DNA of 64,000 bases, from NCBI RefSeq assembly GCF_026571515.1, contig NW_026851617.1, positions 1 to 64,000 of the forward strand. Reading direction: 5' to 3'. Of the stretch, positions 50,136 through 64,000 are shown in pieces. The stretch's first letter is position 1, and every line of letters starts with the position of its first letter. The position numbers and the translations under genes are program-made. The notes beneath the pieces are model-generated. The model saw nothing but the letters and a program-made list of their open reading frames with translations, did not search any database and was not told the origin of the DNA. The DNA is from Ruditapes philippinarum (Eukaryota).

Positions 50136-53100
50136 TAATGTGTAACTGTTTAGAAGAATTGGCATCGTTGGTGTAAAAAACACTACCGCGAAAAACGCGT
50201 GAAAAAACGCAAAATATTGTTTCCGCGAAAGTTTCTAGGAATACAGTTTTTTGCTCTACAGACGGCCGTTTAGCTCAGGTTTCTTTGTATTTCAAAATAA
50301 ATATGAAAGGCATTTCACCTCCTTATGTAATATCTTTACAAAATGTCTGCGCTAAACATATTAATATTTAGTTAGTTTTTTATTCAAACCGCTGCATGCA
50401 ATCTATCTAGATTTTGTCCATGGTGTTTGGAACCTCGAGGTGTAAGATGACAATTACAAACTAGCGGGGCTGTCGGATCGTTTGACAGATACGTGGAATG
50501 TATGAGACCACAACGATATCATTATTAATGAAAAATAACTTTTTTACACCGTGCCTATTGCTAAACTGACGGGTCACAGTTGTCGCAGACTTTTATAAGA
50601 AAAGAAAATCTTTCTAAATAAGTATGATTAATATACCGCTAATATTTCATGAGGCACCACAAATATAATGAGTTTTCCAAAGACGCAGTGAAAAAGGGAA
50701 AATTGCGCTCAAATATGATACAATAAATCGCATGCATTGAATGCAACTTATTATTTTCCTTGAACTTTTGTACTTGAAACTTAGACCAATTGTCATTGTA
50801 TCTGCTAAAACGACAGACGCTTTGTCAGGCAAGTTTTTGTTTGTTTGTTTGTTAATATCTGCAGCCACAAAGCAAAAAAGGAAGAAGATAACATTTAAGC
50901 ATATTATATAATATACAAAATTCGAGCATCCGGAAATAAAAAAAAACTAAAACAATACAAATAAATAAGTAAATAAAAAAATAACTAACTAAATAAACAA
51001 ATAAATATAAAAAATAAAGAAGGGAAAATAAAGGAAATAAGTAAATACATAGTACGTGTAAGTAAAAGAGGCGAAAACATTTTTACTTATGCATTTCAAA
51101 TAATACCTCGTCGGCTTACTTTCACGGGCAAAGTACTTATGTTTTATAACGTGCTTTACAAATAGAAGTACACTGTAACACAATTTGTCAAAGTGAAAAT
51201 GCCTATCTTTATTGGTTTTTTAAATGGATTTAATGTAAATTTTTAATTTCATTTTTTCCCATAGCAAAATCACAAAACTTATATGCCATGGCAAAAACGG
51301 CCTTTAGGTGGTATTTCCCATGGTAAAGAAATTTACCAAAATAGGCAAATCTGCATTATACGCCTCACATTTCGCTATTCCAAAGTAGTTCATAAAGTGA
51401 TAAAGCTTGTCTACAAAAGAAGTCTATAAATTTGCATACAATATCAATTACTCTATATTTCCTCACAAGCAACCATGCTGGTACAAAATCTGGGTTAAGA
51501 GAGAAATAACCATTTATCTTTTAAATTTCAATTCCATTTGATTTATGATAAATTCAAAGGTCGATTCTTCTGTTTTAAATGTTTGTTTAGGCTTGAAATT
51601 TTCCTTGTTTATCTTTTTTTTTCTAAAACTAAATTTGTCCCATTCTTAAATGACATAGTTTGACTTCAAAATACCAGGTTCACTAATTCTGATGACCTAC
51701 GTGTATTTCAAACTAAATAAATGCAAGCACTGCGTATGCGCAATGCAATAAGTATTAAGTACATGTATTCAGCTACAATTCGGATTCAACTAAATGAACA
51801 AACGTTACAGCAAAACATTTTCATCTGACAACATAATTACATTAAGGAAAAAATCAAAGCTCTGCAATTTGGTCAAGAGGAATAGTTTATTGGGAAGAGG
51901 GATGACTCAACGTTTGTCATTTAGTGGGTCCCTGCCATTTACTAAAACTCATCATTTATTATATTATTTATACGTTAACATATGTAATTTCTTCATTTCC
52001 GTTGTCTAGACACGTAATCAAAAACAAGAAATGTTTATTCATCCGAACTATGCTCATATAATTGTAGCCATGCTAGGATTTATTTCCCATCCCCTAAAAT
52101 TGAGTTCTTAATGAAATATGGCTCTCTGTATAACATTCATGTAATCATAATGGATTGGTAAAACTCTTATGAAGCACTATGGGTAAAAAAATGCCAGTTT
52201 ACAAAGATGGCTGACATTGGATGGACTTTTGAAATGCCGTATAAAAGTCCTTTTTCTTTTAAAGACATTCGGGACACCACGCCAATTATCAATAATTATT
52301 TCGGAATTGATACCCATTGAAGGTAATAATGCCATCTGTCATTCGACGGAGCAATCTGATGATCAGAATCAATTTAAAAATACGCATTGACATACATGTA
52401 CAATTATTATAAAACTTTGAAGTCCTCATCCGAAGTTTGATAAAAAGGGACGAGATTTACAATTGCATTTTAGGTATTTAAGGACTGCTCGTTCACTCTA
52501 AAGTTTTTTGTTTGTTTATTTTTCAATGAAACAAAAATTGTAAATTGTATTATTTATGTTGAGTGGTCAAATATTTTGTGGTTTAAATATTTCATTGATA
52601 ATTTTATTCCACCGGTATAATATGAAAACAACAATAACAGCAGAAAAAAGGTTCGGCTATAATTGTGAATTTTCAAAAGCGCCCACTTATCTGAAATAAG
52701 AGCTTAATTCCTAATTTGATGCGTGACATGACAATTTCAACATAGAGGACAAAATCAATCAAAACCGAGAAAAAAATAGAATGTGATTTTTTTTCATGAT
52801 ATTGAAAATTGCTTTGTATGAAGTTAAGAGCCTTTTTATGACACTTAACCAAAGCTTATGGAGTTTGAGAAACATTTAGTGGTACTTAACCAAAGCACAT
52901 GAAGTTAAGAAACATTTAGTGGTACTTAACCAAAGCAACAACTTCCTGAATGATTATATTATCTAAAATTGCATAAAACTATACATTTAAGACAATTAAC
53001 AAGGAAATCTGCATTGTGTTGTTTAATTGGGGCATTTCTTTTATATGTGACCCATATTTTCAAATTTTGGTCAACCCATATTTTGATCAATATGAAATTA

Positions 53101-56029
53101 CAGTATTTTTTTCATAATTAATTTTGCAGCAGAAACAGACGATAAATTGCAGATGCTGCACTGCAGAATGGCGGTCCAATTAGAAAACTCGTCTTGTTAC
53201 ATCTCAAACCCAGACAATCATATCCGTAATATTTTCTCTTGTTTGCTGGCATCAATGAAAAAAAGATGCGCTTGATTTATGGCTTGGCGATTATTTATTG
53301 CTTTAAAATGACAGATGAAATATAAACTAAGCATTTTCACGAATAAAATATCCATACCACATATAATGAAACCAATGAACGTCTGAAAATTGGTCGTACA
53401 ATGTGCTATCTCGCAGACACAGTTTTCAGCAGACGATATTGATTTATAATCAAGCGCGCCTCTTCTGTTTGTTATCTAAGAATGAGTCAGATTTTCTATA
53501 TAGGGATTTGTTCTAGAACATGTTCATCTGCTTTTGACTTACCCGCCCACGCCCTGGGAACCACTTATACATATATACGAGCACGGATAATTTCCGATGT
53601 TGTTTGTTTTTTTTTAATGAAATTGCAATGATAACAAATCTACTTGGAACTTAATCAAATGTCCATTTGATGTTATATAGAAAAAAAACTTATAAATGAT
53701 GTTTTAAAAATTCGTTTCAAATATGTCACCAACAGTGCTATAACAGTTAATGTCTTCCGCGTACCCGTTTATATACTGTGACATAGTGCCGCATCAAATG
53801 AACAACAAAAATGTTAAAAAGCGGCAAGCCAGATGTAAGAGCAATGTGTTTAGTTAAATTGTTAATACAAGACAGAAATTACACTGCAAAACTATAATCT
53901 TTAGAAAATCTGTTACATATTTATGGTATTAATATAGAAAACGAAAAGTAACGCCTAGAACTTTAACGGATCTGATTTCGCCATATTTTTGTAAATAAAA
54001 CGGATTGGCTTCAATAAAGTTTTTAGAATAAAATTAAGAGCAAATATTCTTTAAAGTTGTACATGTCAAACTGGCGTCAAATTAGCTGATATAACCTTCC
54101 GACCAATGTTATCATTTTAAAGAGCACTATTTTCATTATTTAAAAGGTTTTAAAAATTATTCATTATAAAACTAAGTCTGCAAATGTCAACTGTTTGCTT
54201 TCTTTTCATGCTCTCGGGGAATTTTCTCCTCTCCCATAATTTTTATCATGTAACGTCTATGTGTGCCAATCATTTGTTACCGCATCTAAATCAGACCGTG
54301 CAGTAAATGACTGTAGGACAGCTTTTATCCATTCACACATGCCTAAAGTGCAAGTGTTTTAGATGCTTGCATTTTGCATCAGAATTATTGACTTTCTAAA
54401 AATAGTTTTCCTGATTTAAATAAACCGCTTTTATTCTCTTTAGGAAATGGAATATCAACAATTTCCGGCGTTTAAATGTTAAATAAGGAATATAGGCAAG
54501 CAAATTTGTATAAACCGGGCTGTAATTCAACTTTAATTCTTAAAGTGAAGTTCTAATTGCCATATTTATATAATCAACCTAAAAACATTTGATATTAAAT
54601 TTTAGAATACTTCTGGAAACAAAGCTGAGATTTGATAATTGCAGTGAAAACGAATGAGGAAAAAGATATTTAAGTGCAATCTGCGCGATTTGGGAGCTAT
54701 CAAAACCCGGTATACGAATTAACCGTGGTTCGGATAAAGTCTGTACTTCCATTATACGATTTTAACTGATTGCCTATAGTAAAAGTCTTAAAACAGTATC
54801 CCTTGTCGGAATGTTTGTCATCAAATTACGATGATTTCTCGTGTAATTAACCTAATTACATTAACTTTACTGCGGAGGATATGGCTGGCGATCAATACTA
54901 TTAGAACTGAAAAACGTAGAATAGTTAAAAGACGTCTTAAAATGATGAATACACCCTATCTTAAATTGCAGCGTAAGCAAAATGTTGATGGCAAAACAGC
55001 AAAACAAGCCGCAACCCCCTCCTCTACACCACCAACTGACCCCCGCCCCCTCCGCTGCCAAAAAAGTAATAGCATAAAAGGGCCTTTTGAGGTCAATCAA
55101 AATCAATGTTTAAACATCTATCGGATGTTGACAAACGTTTTTTTCCCTTTTTTTCTGTTCTTATATAACTTTAGAACTGACTTCAAATTAATCAAGTTTT
55201 CATAAAGTTGTAAATGGCAAAAAATAAAAAAATAAAAAAAAATAAATAAAAAAAATGGATAAAAAGATACCAAAAACATTCGTTACAATACATTTGTTTC
55301 ATTCTTTACAAGACAAACATGTGTAATTAATTATACAGTATAGCTGATACGAATTTAAATTTATTAAAGAAGTATACGAAACACCAACATGCCTGTTGGA
55401 ATCAACAATTGTTATACTACGTTTGTGTCAGTTACTCGATATCTTGGCAGTTCGTGTCAGTTACAATGAGGGAAAACGTCATGACTGCAGCGGCGTTCCA
55501 TATAAATAACAGCATATTGACGGCTGTCAAATTGATAATAGAGGTTTTGCTCTCGTCTCGATATGTCGTCCAGCCCTCTCCTGGAAATTATGTATAGATT
55601 TATTGTGAATATAACTTTTTTGTTTTGTAAGTCAGTAGTTACCGTCTGCTACAATACATAGTTTATGTTCTGTAGTTGTTTAGGAGACATAGAATAAGTT
55701 TATTACGATACTAACAACTACATTGTACTATTAGAGTACAGTTCTTATGAAACACTAAGAAATCAAATCTGAAAGTGGAGGTTTTTTTTAAATTTCAAAA
55801 GTTGTAAAATGGCACTATGGCATCAAAACTTCCCACATCTGGTTGTTTCGTTATGTACTGTAGGAACTAATAACTTGCCTGTAATAGATCTCTGAAGCCA
55901 ATATTTATCATTTTAACATAAAGCCATAAAGACATAAAGGTCAATTCGAAAGAAACGGCCAAACTGACCTTAAAAAACTAAGCTTTTTTGCTAAGTAACT
56001 GCTTTCGGGCCGATACGATAAAAATGATT

Positions 56030-57120
56030 ACAAGGCCATCAAATCTATGACATTAAATTAACGACGACTTTCCAGAACATCAAATCTACGACATTAAATT
56101 TACGACTTCTTTCTAATATGTCTTTGTTTTAAGAATCTAAAATTAATGGATAATGTTTTGGGGCTCTGCTTCAAATCAAATACATGTAAGTATTTTTAAC
56201 GATTGCAAGGACATCAGAATTAATAAAACCACTTTGTAAATGATAATCTTTAAAATAAAATCTACGACTTCTATTTAGATGATAACTATGACACCAGACC
56301 TACCATTTCTACCTGAGAGTTAAAGCCAAGACACCAAATCAAAGACTACTTTGTTTGTTATTTATAGGACATCCGATGGCTACATAGAACATCAAATCTT
56401 ATATTCGTATTGCTGAATTATTACTTCTACATCAAATTAACAACTTCTTTTTTATATGATAAATATAAATTAAATATACAACATAAATTTTACGGCTATT
56501 TTCTTTTCGAATGATCAAAAGGTATAATAATCTACGCTACAAGATGTAAGAACACTTTTAGTGGACAATTGAATCTACGATAAGATTTAAGTCATCTGTC
56601 TCCAATCTTCATGGTATTAAACCTACGGCATGCAATTTAAGACTACATGTACTTTATAAAATGATAAATCTACGGTATAAAATTTCCAACTACTTTCCAA
56701 AATGATTACAGGGCCATCAAATTTGCGACATTAAATTTACGACTACTTTCTTATATTATGTCCAGCACATTTAAAATCTACAACATAAAATTTACGCCCC
56801 AAATCTACGACTTCTTTTTAAAATTAATTTACTACTACTTCCGTGGGCACCATATCTACGACTTCTTTTTAGAATTAATTTACTACTACTTCCGTGGGCA
56901 CCAAATCTACGACTTCTTTTTAAAATTAAATTTACGACTACTTTCTTTGGCATCAAATCTACGACTTTAAAAAAAATTGACGACTACTTTTTGGGCATCA
57001 AATCTACGACTTCTTTTTTAAGATAAAATTTAAGATTAATTTTCCTGAAATCAAATTTACGACTTTCATTTTAAAATTATTTGCTTGTAATCTACTACAT
57101 AAATTACTTACGACTACATT
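56030..57120. repeat. Degenerate tandem repeat field on an aaat(c/t)tacgact(t/a)c motif; best-preserved ~54-bp units at 56800-57020
   Basis: caaatctacgacttctttttaaaattaatttactactacttccgtgggcac recurs. Confidence 0.75.
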
Positions 57121-58680
57121 ATTTTTTTCCTTCTATGAAATCAAATAGTTTTTTTTTCAATAGTTCACATCTACTTTTTTTAAACGAGTTTTATTTCGAC
57201 AAATAAGTATAACAATGGTACTAAAATAATCGTATCAAATCTCGTTGTTTCGCGAGATTAAATCAATACACTCAATTGTTACGAATAATTTCCTGTCTGT
57301 ACAAAGGAAATATTATGTACAATAATTTCCCAGAGGGATTCCGATTAGATACGCGTCTCAGTTATAGCTACCATAGGTGTCTTGGCTTCCTTAATCTAAT
57401 GAAAACAACCGAAAAAATAACGCCCATTCAGCAAATATTCTATAATTAGACAAATCATTTTGATTCTTAATGAGTTTTTTTTTTAAATTTTATAATATAC
57501 ATGTATATAGAAGCGTTTTTATGTATTTGATGAAATTATGTAGATAGTCAATTCGTTTAGTGCATTTACATGTTCTTAAAATATATTTACTGAAGACTAT
57601 GGCGCTGAATATTAATTCAAAATTGAATTTTCCCTGGTGACTCCCAATTTAAATTTTGCTTATCTTATATGAATATGAGCAACTTTAACATTTTTACGAG
57701 CCACTTAATAATCTGAGAATGACAATGAATTAAAAAAAATCAAGAAGTAGCTACAAATAATTGCACTGTTGTAAAGTGTTGTTATTTTTTTATTTATTTA
57801 CTTATTTGTTTTTTTATTTATCATATATTCATATAATGTCAGAAGCTGTTATAATTATGCAATCTTTGTCAAGTTCTTGCATTTTTTTCCTTGTTAAAAA
57901 CCCTTAAGTAGCTGGCCTTTCGTCTTTGCTGTGCTTCTTTTCTTTGATAACATGCAAACATACACACTTAATATTTCTAGCATGATGATAATTTTTCTCT
58001 CTTATTTTCATATCCTCAGTTTTATCCCTTTTACATTGTCTGGTACACCAGTTTTTTCCGTACATTTTCACACTGTAATTATGCTCGTGTTATATATTGT
58101 AATTATGCCAGAAAAAATCTTCTAACACCACGCGAAAACCGTTCAATTTTCGCAAATATGACGCCCATGTAGGGTATGTGCTGGAGAAGTTATAATTTGG
58201 AACGGGAAATCGATGTCATATTTCTCATACTATCATATTTCACTGCAGAACTGGTGTTTTTTTTGCATCATAGGCACCAATTGAAAAATCGGTTCAATAA
58301 AAATAAATGCTTGCATCAGCAAAAAAATTGTTTTTTCACTCTTGGAGAATTTTGGATAAAACGCGGTATCAGAGATTAGGCTTTTAAACAGTGTATATTT
58401 TCAGATGTGTTTATATATTGGTCAAAATAACAAACCTAAAAAAAAATATATGTATATCAATATTATAAAGATGGATGTTTACATTTATATGTACAATACA
58501 AATGAGACTTTTAATGTACAGATGTATTTGTGTAGTTTTATTTCCAAAAATGATACATCATTTACTATATTAATCGCCATTTATTTAGCCCCGTTACAAA
58601 AAAGAGTAAGGACACTTTGTGCATACTTTGACATGTTACATACTTGGTTTATTAAAGGCACATTATGCCTAAGAAACAAA

Positions 58681-58917
58681 TGAGCCGCGTCACGACAAAA
58701 CCAACAAAATGGGTTTGCGACCAGCATGGATCCAGACCAGCCTGCGCATCCGCGCAGTCTGATCAGGATCCATGCTGTTCGCTATCAGTTTCTCTACTTG
58801 TTATAGGGTTTGTAAGTGAACAGCATGGATCCTGATCAGACTGCGCGGATGCGCAGGCTGGTCTGGATCCATGCTGGTCGCAAACCCATTATGTTGGTTT
58901 TGTCGTGACGCGGCTCA
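58681..58917. mobile_element. Palindromic MITE, copy 3 (loop reversed relative to copies 1 and 2)
   Basis: Near-perfect arms; loop tatcagtttctctacttgttatagggtttgtaag. Confidence 0.92.
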
Positions 58918-59481
58918 AATATAGTTTTACTTCTTTAGAAAGTGCCAACATGAATTTTGAAACCTTACGAAAGTAGCGCTAAATGTGATATTATATTTCA
59001 TTAAAGTAGCAAACAAAGTTGTCTTCCATATAAAATAGTAATTGACTATAACTGTACTTAATGAAAAAGAGCAGCAGATGAAAAAAGATGCCAATGTGTA
59101 ATTTCTCAAAATGTCATTGAGTGCAAATATTTCAAGATTTTTTTCGATTTGATTATCACGTGACAGGAGAGTACCCTGGTGACAAGGTTTTTTGTTTATA
59201 TTCCATCATCAATCTAATGTCACGTGACAAGATAATGTACATCACAGAGAGGAACTGATGCCTGCCAGATCATCAAAACAAACAAAGTAAAAGAACTTCA
59301 TTCCAGGAAAGTAGCAGAACAAACGAAAGATTGATTGGTTAGTTTCAAAGCGGTTCTTAACAGAATTATTAATATAACAGCACGAGTTTTATGTGCTTAA
59401 TCAACTGTTAAATGTGTGTATATAGTCGGGGCATGAACTTTTGCGACAATGACTAACATTAATATCCCAACATATACTTTA

Positions 59482-59838
59482 AGGGACTCCACTAAGGTCT
59501 AAAAGCCTAAATTCATAAAATTTGAATATCTTACATAAATGAGCTGGGGCACGTAAAACAGACATATATGCAAAGATATTTAACAAATTTACTTAGAAAG
59601 AAATAAATTGAAAAAAAAACTTTGTGCTTTTCTAAGTCAAATTTTGGTGAAAAGTGTTGCAACGCTATTCAATTTTAGGTTATTTTATACAATTCTAATA
59701 ATTATTCTGGAAAAGAACGGAGTGAGCAAATGATCTGAAATTTTGCACGAAGGTTATTGGTCTAGACCGACAAGAATCGAATATTAATCTTGAATTATTT
59801 CCAGTGTTGCAATGTCAAAAAACATCAGTGGAGTCCCT
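59482..59838. mobile_element. TTAA-flanked MITE, inverted relative of 42368-42712
   Basis: agggactccact ... agtggagtccct|ttaa. Internal agctggggcac.taaaacagaca matches the other copy. Confidence 0.75.
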
Positions 59839-61207
59839 TTAAATTGTACGACTTGTACGAAGTGACACATTTTAACTGTCAAAAAACTTACTTTAGAATC
59901 TTTTTTTTAGGTAACTTACAACAGTATATTTTTGCTTAGCACGCAATTTCTTTAAGGGTTCATGCTTGCAAAAATCTATGTACCAAATAAGATTATATAA
60001 TACAATGTGTATTAGAGTAAATAATTTCTTCACGTTGTTTAGTTTCATGCAAAAATAAAATACCGCAGCAGACAATTTCACACTTTGCATAAAGAAGCAT
60101 TTAGTACTTCGTTCTTATCGTTTATCAAAGTATCTAAAATTAGGTGTTTTGTTAATGCTAAAATAAAGTGTATTGTTGATACTAAATGGTGATGCTAAAA
60201 TAAAGTGCATTGTTAATGCTAAAATGAAGTGTATTGGTGCTAGATAATTTTAGGTAGTAAACCTATAGAAAACCAAGGTTTAGCTTGTTTTGTAAAATTA
60301 CACCTTGGTAGTTACATTGTATAATTAATGAAGTCTGAGAAAATAATCTTATTGTTATTTATAACCTTCTACTTTAACCATATTATCATCTCTTGTTACA
60401 TAATCTAACCAAATATCGACAACATGAACAGTATATTATGTTTTATTACGTAATTTAACATGATTAGCGAGAAAACAAATGGATTATCGTGGCTGGCGGA
60501 AACTGACGAATCGCAACTGCGAAATCGAGGCTGCCTGTCGGAAATTGGCGAATCGCGTCTGTATACCGGAAATTGCCGATGAATGACAGATACGTCTTAA
60601 CTGAAACGCTGAGTCATCTTTTCTCCAACAATGGTAAGTAAATTGATTTATATGTGGTAATAGTAGTCCCGTGAGATCCCATGAGATCCTGATAATATAT
60701 ATGGATTAGGAATTACCTAAGTAGCCATTAACAGAATGGTGAGGAAGTGTATCAAGTATGAAACTGAGGCGAGAATGAACTCGTAAGTGATATTTTTATA
60801 AATAGAGAACTTCACCTAAACGTGTTATTACTAGCTCATATTATTTATTCTGGAGACGACGAGGGTAAACAAACCAAACAAATACAAATAAGGTGTTACG
60901 TTCATTTGAAAAATATTTACCTAAATAACATTGAAAGCACAAAGGCAATGTATCTCGCACGCGAAACGGCTAAGCTAATGTATAATATTGAATTAATACT
61001 GCTTTTCTGTTTTTAATAAGCTAATATAGGCAAATATGTAAACGTTGGTCAATAATAATCATAAATGGAAATATCACTTGGAGAAAATACTAATTAACTT
61101 TTAAGAACGGTTGTGAAAATTAAGTACAGCCTCTCCACTATCTACAAAATATTCCATATTGAGATCATGGTGTGACAGAAATCTGCTAACCAAGGCAAGA
61201 ACTTAAA

Positions 61208-61283
61208 GGAGCGTAGGGCTATCGGTTAAAGTGTCTTCCCCACAACACAGGGACTGCCTATTCGAGCCCTACTTGGGTCACGA
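61208..61283 (+). mobile_element. Degenerate tRNA-like SINE head
   Basis: A-box-like gtagggctatcggttaaagtgtc and B-box-like attcgagccc. Confidence 0.35.
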
Positions 61284-63324
61284 GAGTACTTAACAAATCG
61301 GGCTTACAACAAACAGTGTCTAAAATAAAGCAAGTACTTGATTAAAAGGTTGATTAAAAAGAGACTTGTCAATGGTTCAATTGGTTGGGAACTAGTATAT
61401 TGAATAAATTAACAAGTTGTTTGCAAAATAAGTCTACAATCTCGTTCAAATGTAATAAATCTTATAAATAGTTAGATACTAGAGCTTAAACAAAGGATGA
61501 AGGTTTGGATAACTTTATGTTGCTTAAAAACTGATTGACATCAACACTATTTCATAATTATATACACTACAAGCAAATGGCGACAACGAGCATGTTAATT
61601 CTGCAGAATTTGTAAATTAATCAAATGTTTTGAATTCAGGAAAGCAGCAATATATTTGAACTAGAAAAAAAGATTGCACTTTTGTAAACTTTTGTATAAA
61701 CTTACATATACATTATTAATTACATATTGCTATCGATGTTTTTGTAGCACGATTATTGGCGCGACGCCCCTTATGGAATGAAATCAGATTTTGTGAAAGG
61801 GCAATTACAACTTCTCGGGCCTTTTCGTCGGCCATAATAGCCGAACATTTCGAATATTCAAATCTCTAGCATGCCTACCAAAGTTCATGATAAACACTGT
61901 CTTTCGTCCGCCCATTCATAAATGATATACAATACTGGTTAAAACCAATTAACCATTAAAAAGTTTATAAGAATATCTTGTCATCAGATGTCTTCTAGTT
62001 CATCTTCACTTGCTGCATTTTTTGCTTGGACGCCCTTTGATGCTTTGCATCAATGCTTTTCTTGTTACTCCTAGATTGAACTCTTAAAGATTGCGATAAA
62101 AAAACACATACAACGCAACAACAAAAACAAATTTCCAGATTATTTCAAACCAATCTCATAATCAAAATCGAAAAAAAAACAAAAGAAAATCGCTGCAAGA
62201 GATATTTGTTATGAATACAACACAAAAGTACAATCAGAGAAAAAACAAATCAAGTTTCAGGATTAAATTTTGGACCCAAGCCAATTTTGCGGTAACATCT
62301 TTTCCGTCATTTATTAACCCTAAGCAGGTTGTTTGTCTTTTTCAACAGTACAGCGCCCGTCCAGCCGGCACTTTCCAAGTGTAAAAGTATCATCTCAAAA
62401 CGTTGACATTTAAAATAAATGTGACTGACAGAATCTGTTCCCGGATCTGAATTCTCGCGACACATTTGTTACTTTCTTCCATTTCCTTCCTCTTGAGAAA
62501 GTTTTACAATTGTACTTTTATAAATACATGTATATAAAAGGTGCAATAGGTTAGTTTTAAACTAGTATTTTGTTTGTTTTCTATGCACAAACAAATGTGT
62601 TCATCATTAACAATATGTCTAGAAACAAGAGAGGTATAAACAGGACTTGAACAGTAAACCCAATATTTGGCCGTTGACTATTAAGCGGGACTGCTTTTCA
62701 CGCGCAACACTTCGCCACGTGGTGGTTAGATTGTAAGCCAAGTTGCTAAACAACCTTTTACGTGATAGTACAGTTTTGGAGCGCACATTATTCCTGGTAT
62801 TCAGACGAACATCTAAAACAACAATAATAATGATAAATTAAAAAAAAATCCCTATCCACAAAAAAACGCGAGACATTCGCAAAAACATATGACTTTCAGA
62901 ACTATCACAAGTCATCCAATCATGAAATAAACAATTTTATCCATTTGAATAATAGCTGTACACATTAAAAAACATGGACAAAAACAACAAGATACAAGGA
63001 CGAAAGGTATATAGCTAATCATATTAAACACGCAGACGACACATAATATAAGCAGGCGAGATATTAAAATAACAAGCAGTTGGTAATTTGTTAAACCACA
63101 AACAGAAGACAACAAAATATACCCAGTAACGACAAGGCCATAAACCGATTTTCTGTACTTTTCGTGTTTTAAATATAATTGAACTTAGGCTTTTTAAAAG
63201 TACAAGTTCTAGAAGAATGTTCCGATATTCGAATGTTGAATTTCAAAAAGACCAACTTACTCCATATCCATGTCCATAAAATAGCTCCCTACAACTTTGT
63301 AAAATGGAGGCTACAAATTTAAAT

Positions 63325-63810
63325 CGTCTATTCGAATGTTTAACAATAAAATGAATTACCCTTCTTTACTCCTCTATAATAAGCATTGCCATGAATAAAT
63401 TAGACTAGGGTGTGTCATGAATAAATTTAGACTATTCGAATGTTTCACAACAAAAAATACTCACTCACTTTATGTCCTTTATCTACCTTACTTTACTACT
63501 TTATATGAATACATTTAGACTATTCGAATGTTTAATAACAAAATATACGCACTAACTTCATGCCCTTTATCTATGCTACTTTATGTGAATAAATTTAGAC
63601 TATTCAGATGTTAACAACAATATGTACTCACTAACTATATGCCCTTTTACTCTATATAAATAAATTTAGACTATTCGAATGTTTAATAACAAAATATAAG
63701 CACTTACTTCATGCCCTTTATCTTATACTACTTTATATAAACTGCATTTCGACATTCGAATATAAATTTTGTTTATTTGAATGTTTCATAACATAATGTA
63801 CTCACTGACC
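63325..63810. repeat. Degenerate ~72-90-bp tandem repeat (~6 units)
   Basis: aaatttagactattcgaatgttta..aacaaaata..c.cact.act..atgccc.ttat repeated. Confidence 0.8.
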
Positions 63811-64000
63811 TCGTGTCCATAATCTAGCCCCTGTTCCTTTTATACTCTTTAGCTTTTGTAATATTAGATATGTATTAAGAAATTTCGTGACAATAATACG
63901 AGACAGCGTGCAGATAAAATGTAGCAACTACCAATAATAGACACAAATTATAACAAAATATGGGCTTTTCTTTACATACAAGGATTAATTTATTGAACAT

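Noticed and set aside
54831-55205. 124-aa ORF
   Set aside because: No recognisable domain or splice context; composition is consistent with chance.
60470-60640. GC-rich stretch ending in atg|gtaagt
   Set aside because: All three + frames contain stops. It could be a non-coding exon, but nothing else supports it.

Overview
AT-rich, intron-containing animal genomic DNA, not prokaryotic. The gene and repeat types suggest a bivalve mollusc (inference). There are three host genes: (i) an intronless RING-less B-box/coiled-coil/NHL-like TRIM gene (17197-18927, +); (ii) a disrupted Cys-loop/nicotinic acetylcholine receptor-like gene (exon 1 24000-24158, exon 2 from 25438) with an in-frame TGA before M1, cut in M3 by a 6.4-kb insert, with its MA/M4 end stranded at 32573-32668; (iii) the 3' half of a SYD-1/SYDE/RhoGAP100F-type C2+RhoGAP gene (-, exons 47894-46755, 43774-43614, 41333-41126). 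The rest is mobile and repetitive DNA: a 779-bp TIR element inserted twice into an older copy of itself with 6-bp TSDs (1-2338), two 65-66-bp satellites (one as mirror-image arrays about 8 kb apart), three ~237-bp hairpin MITEs, TTAA-flanked MITEs, SINE and LINE relics, and two diverged direct copies of a ~6.3-kb cassette of decayed unidentified ORFs (26184-32572, 33461-39722). Coordinates were read by eye and no database searches were run.
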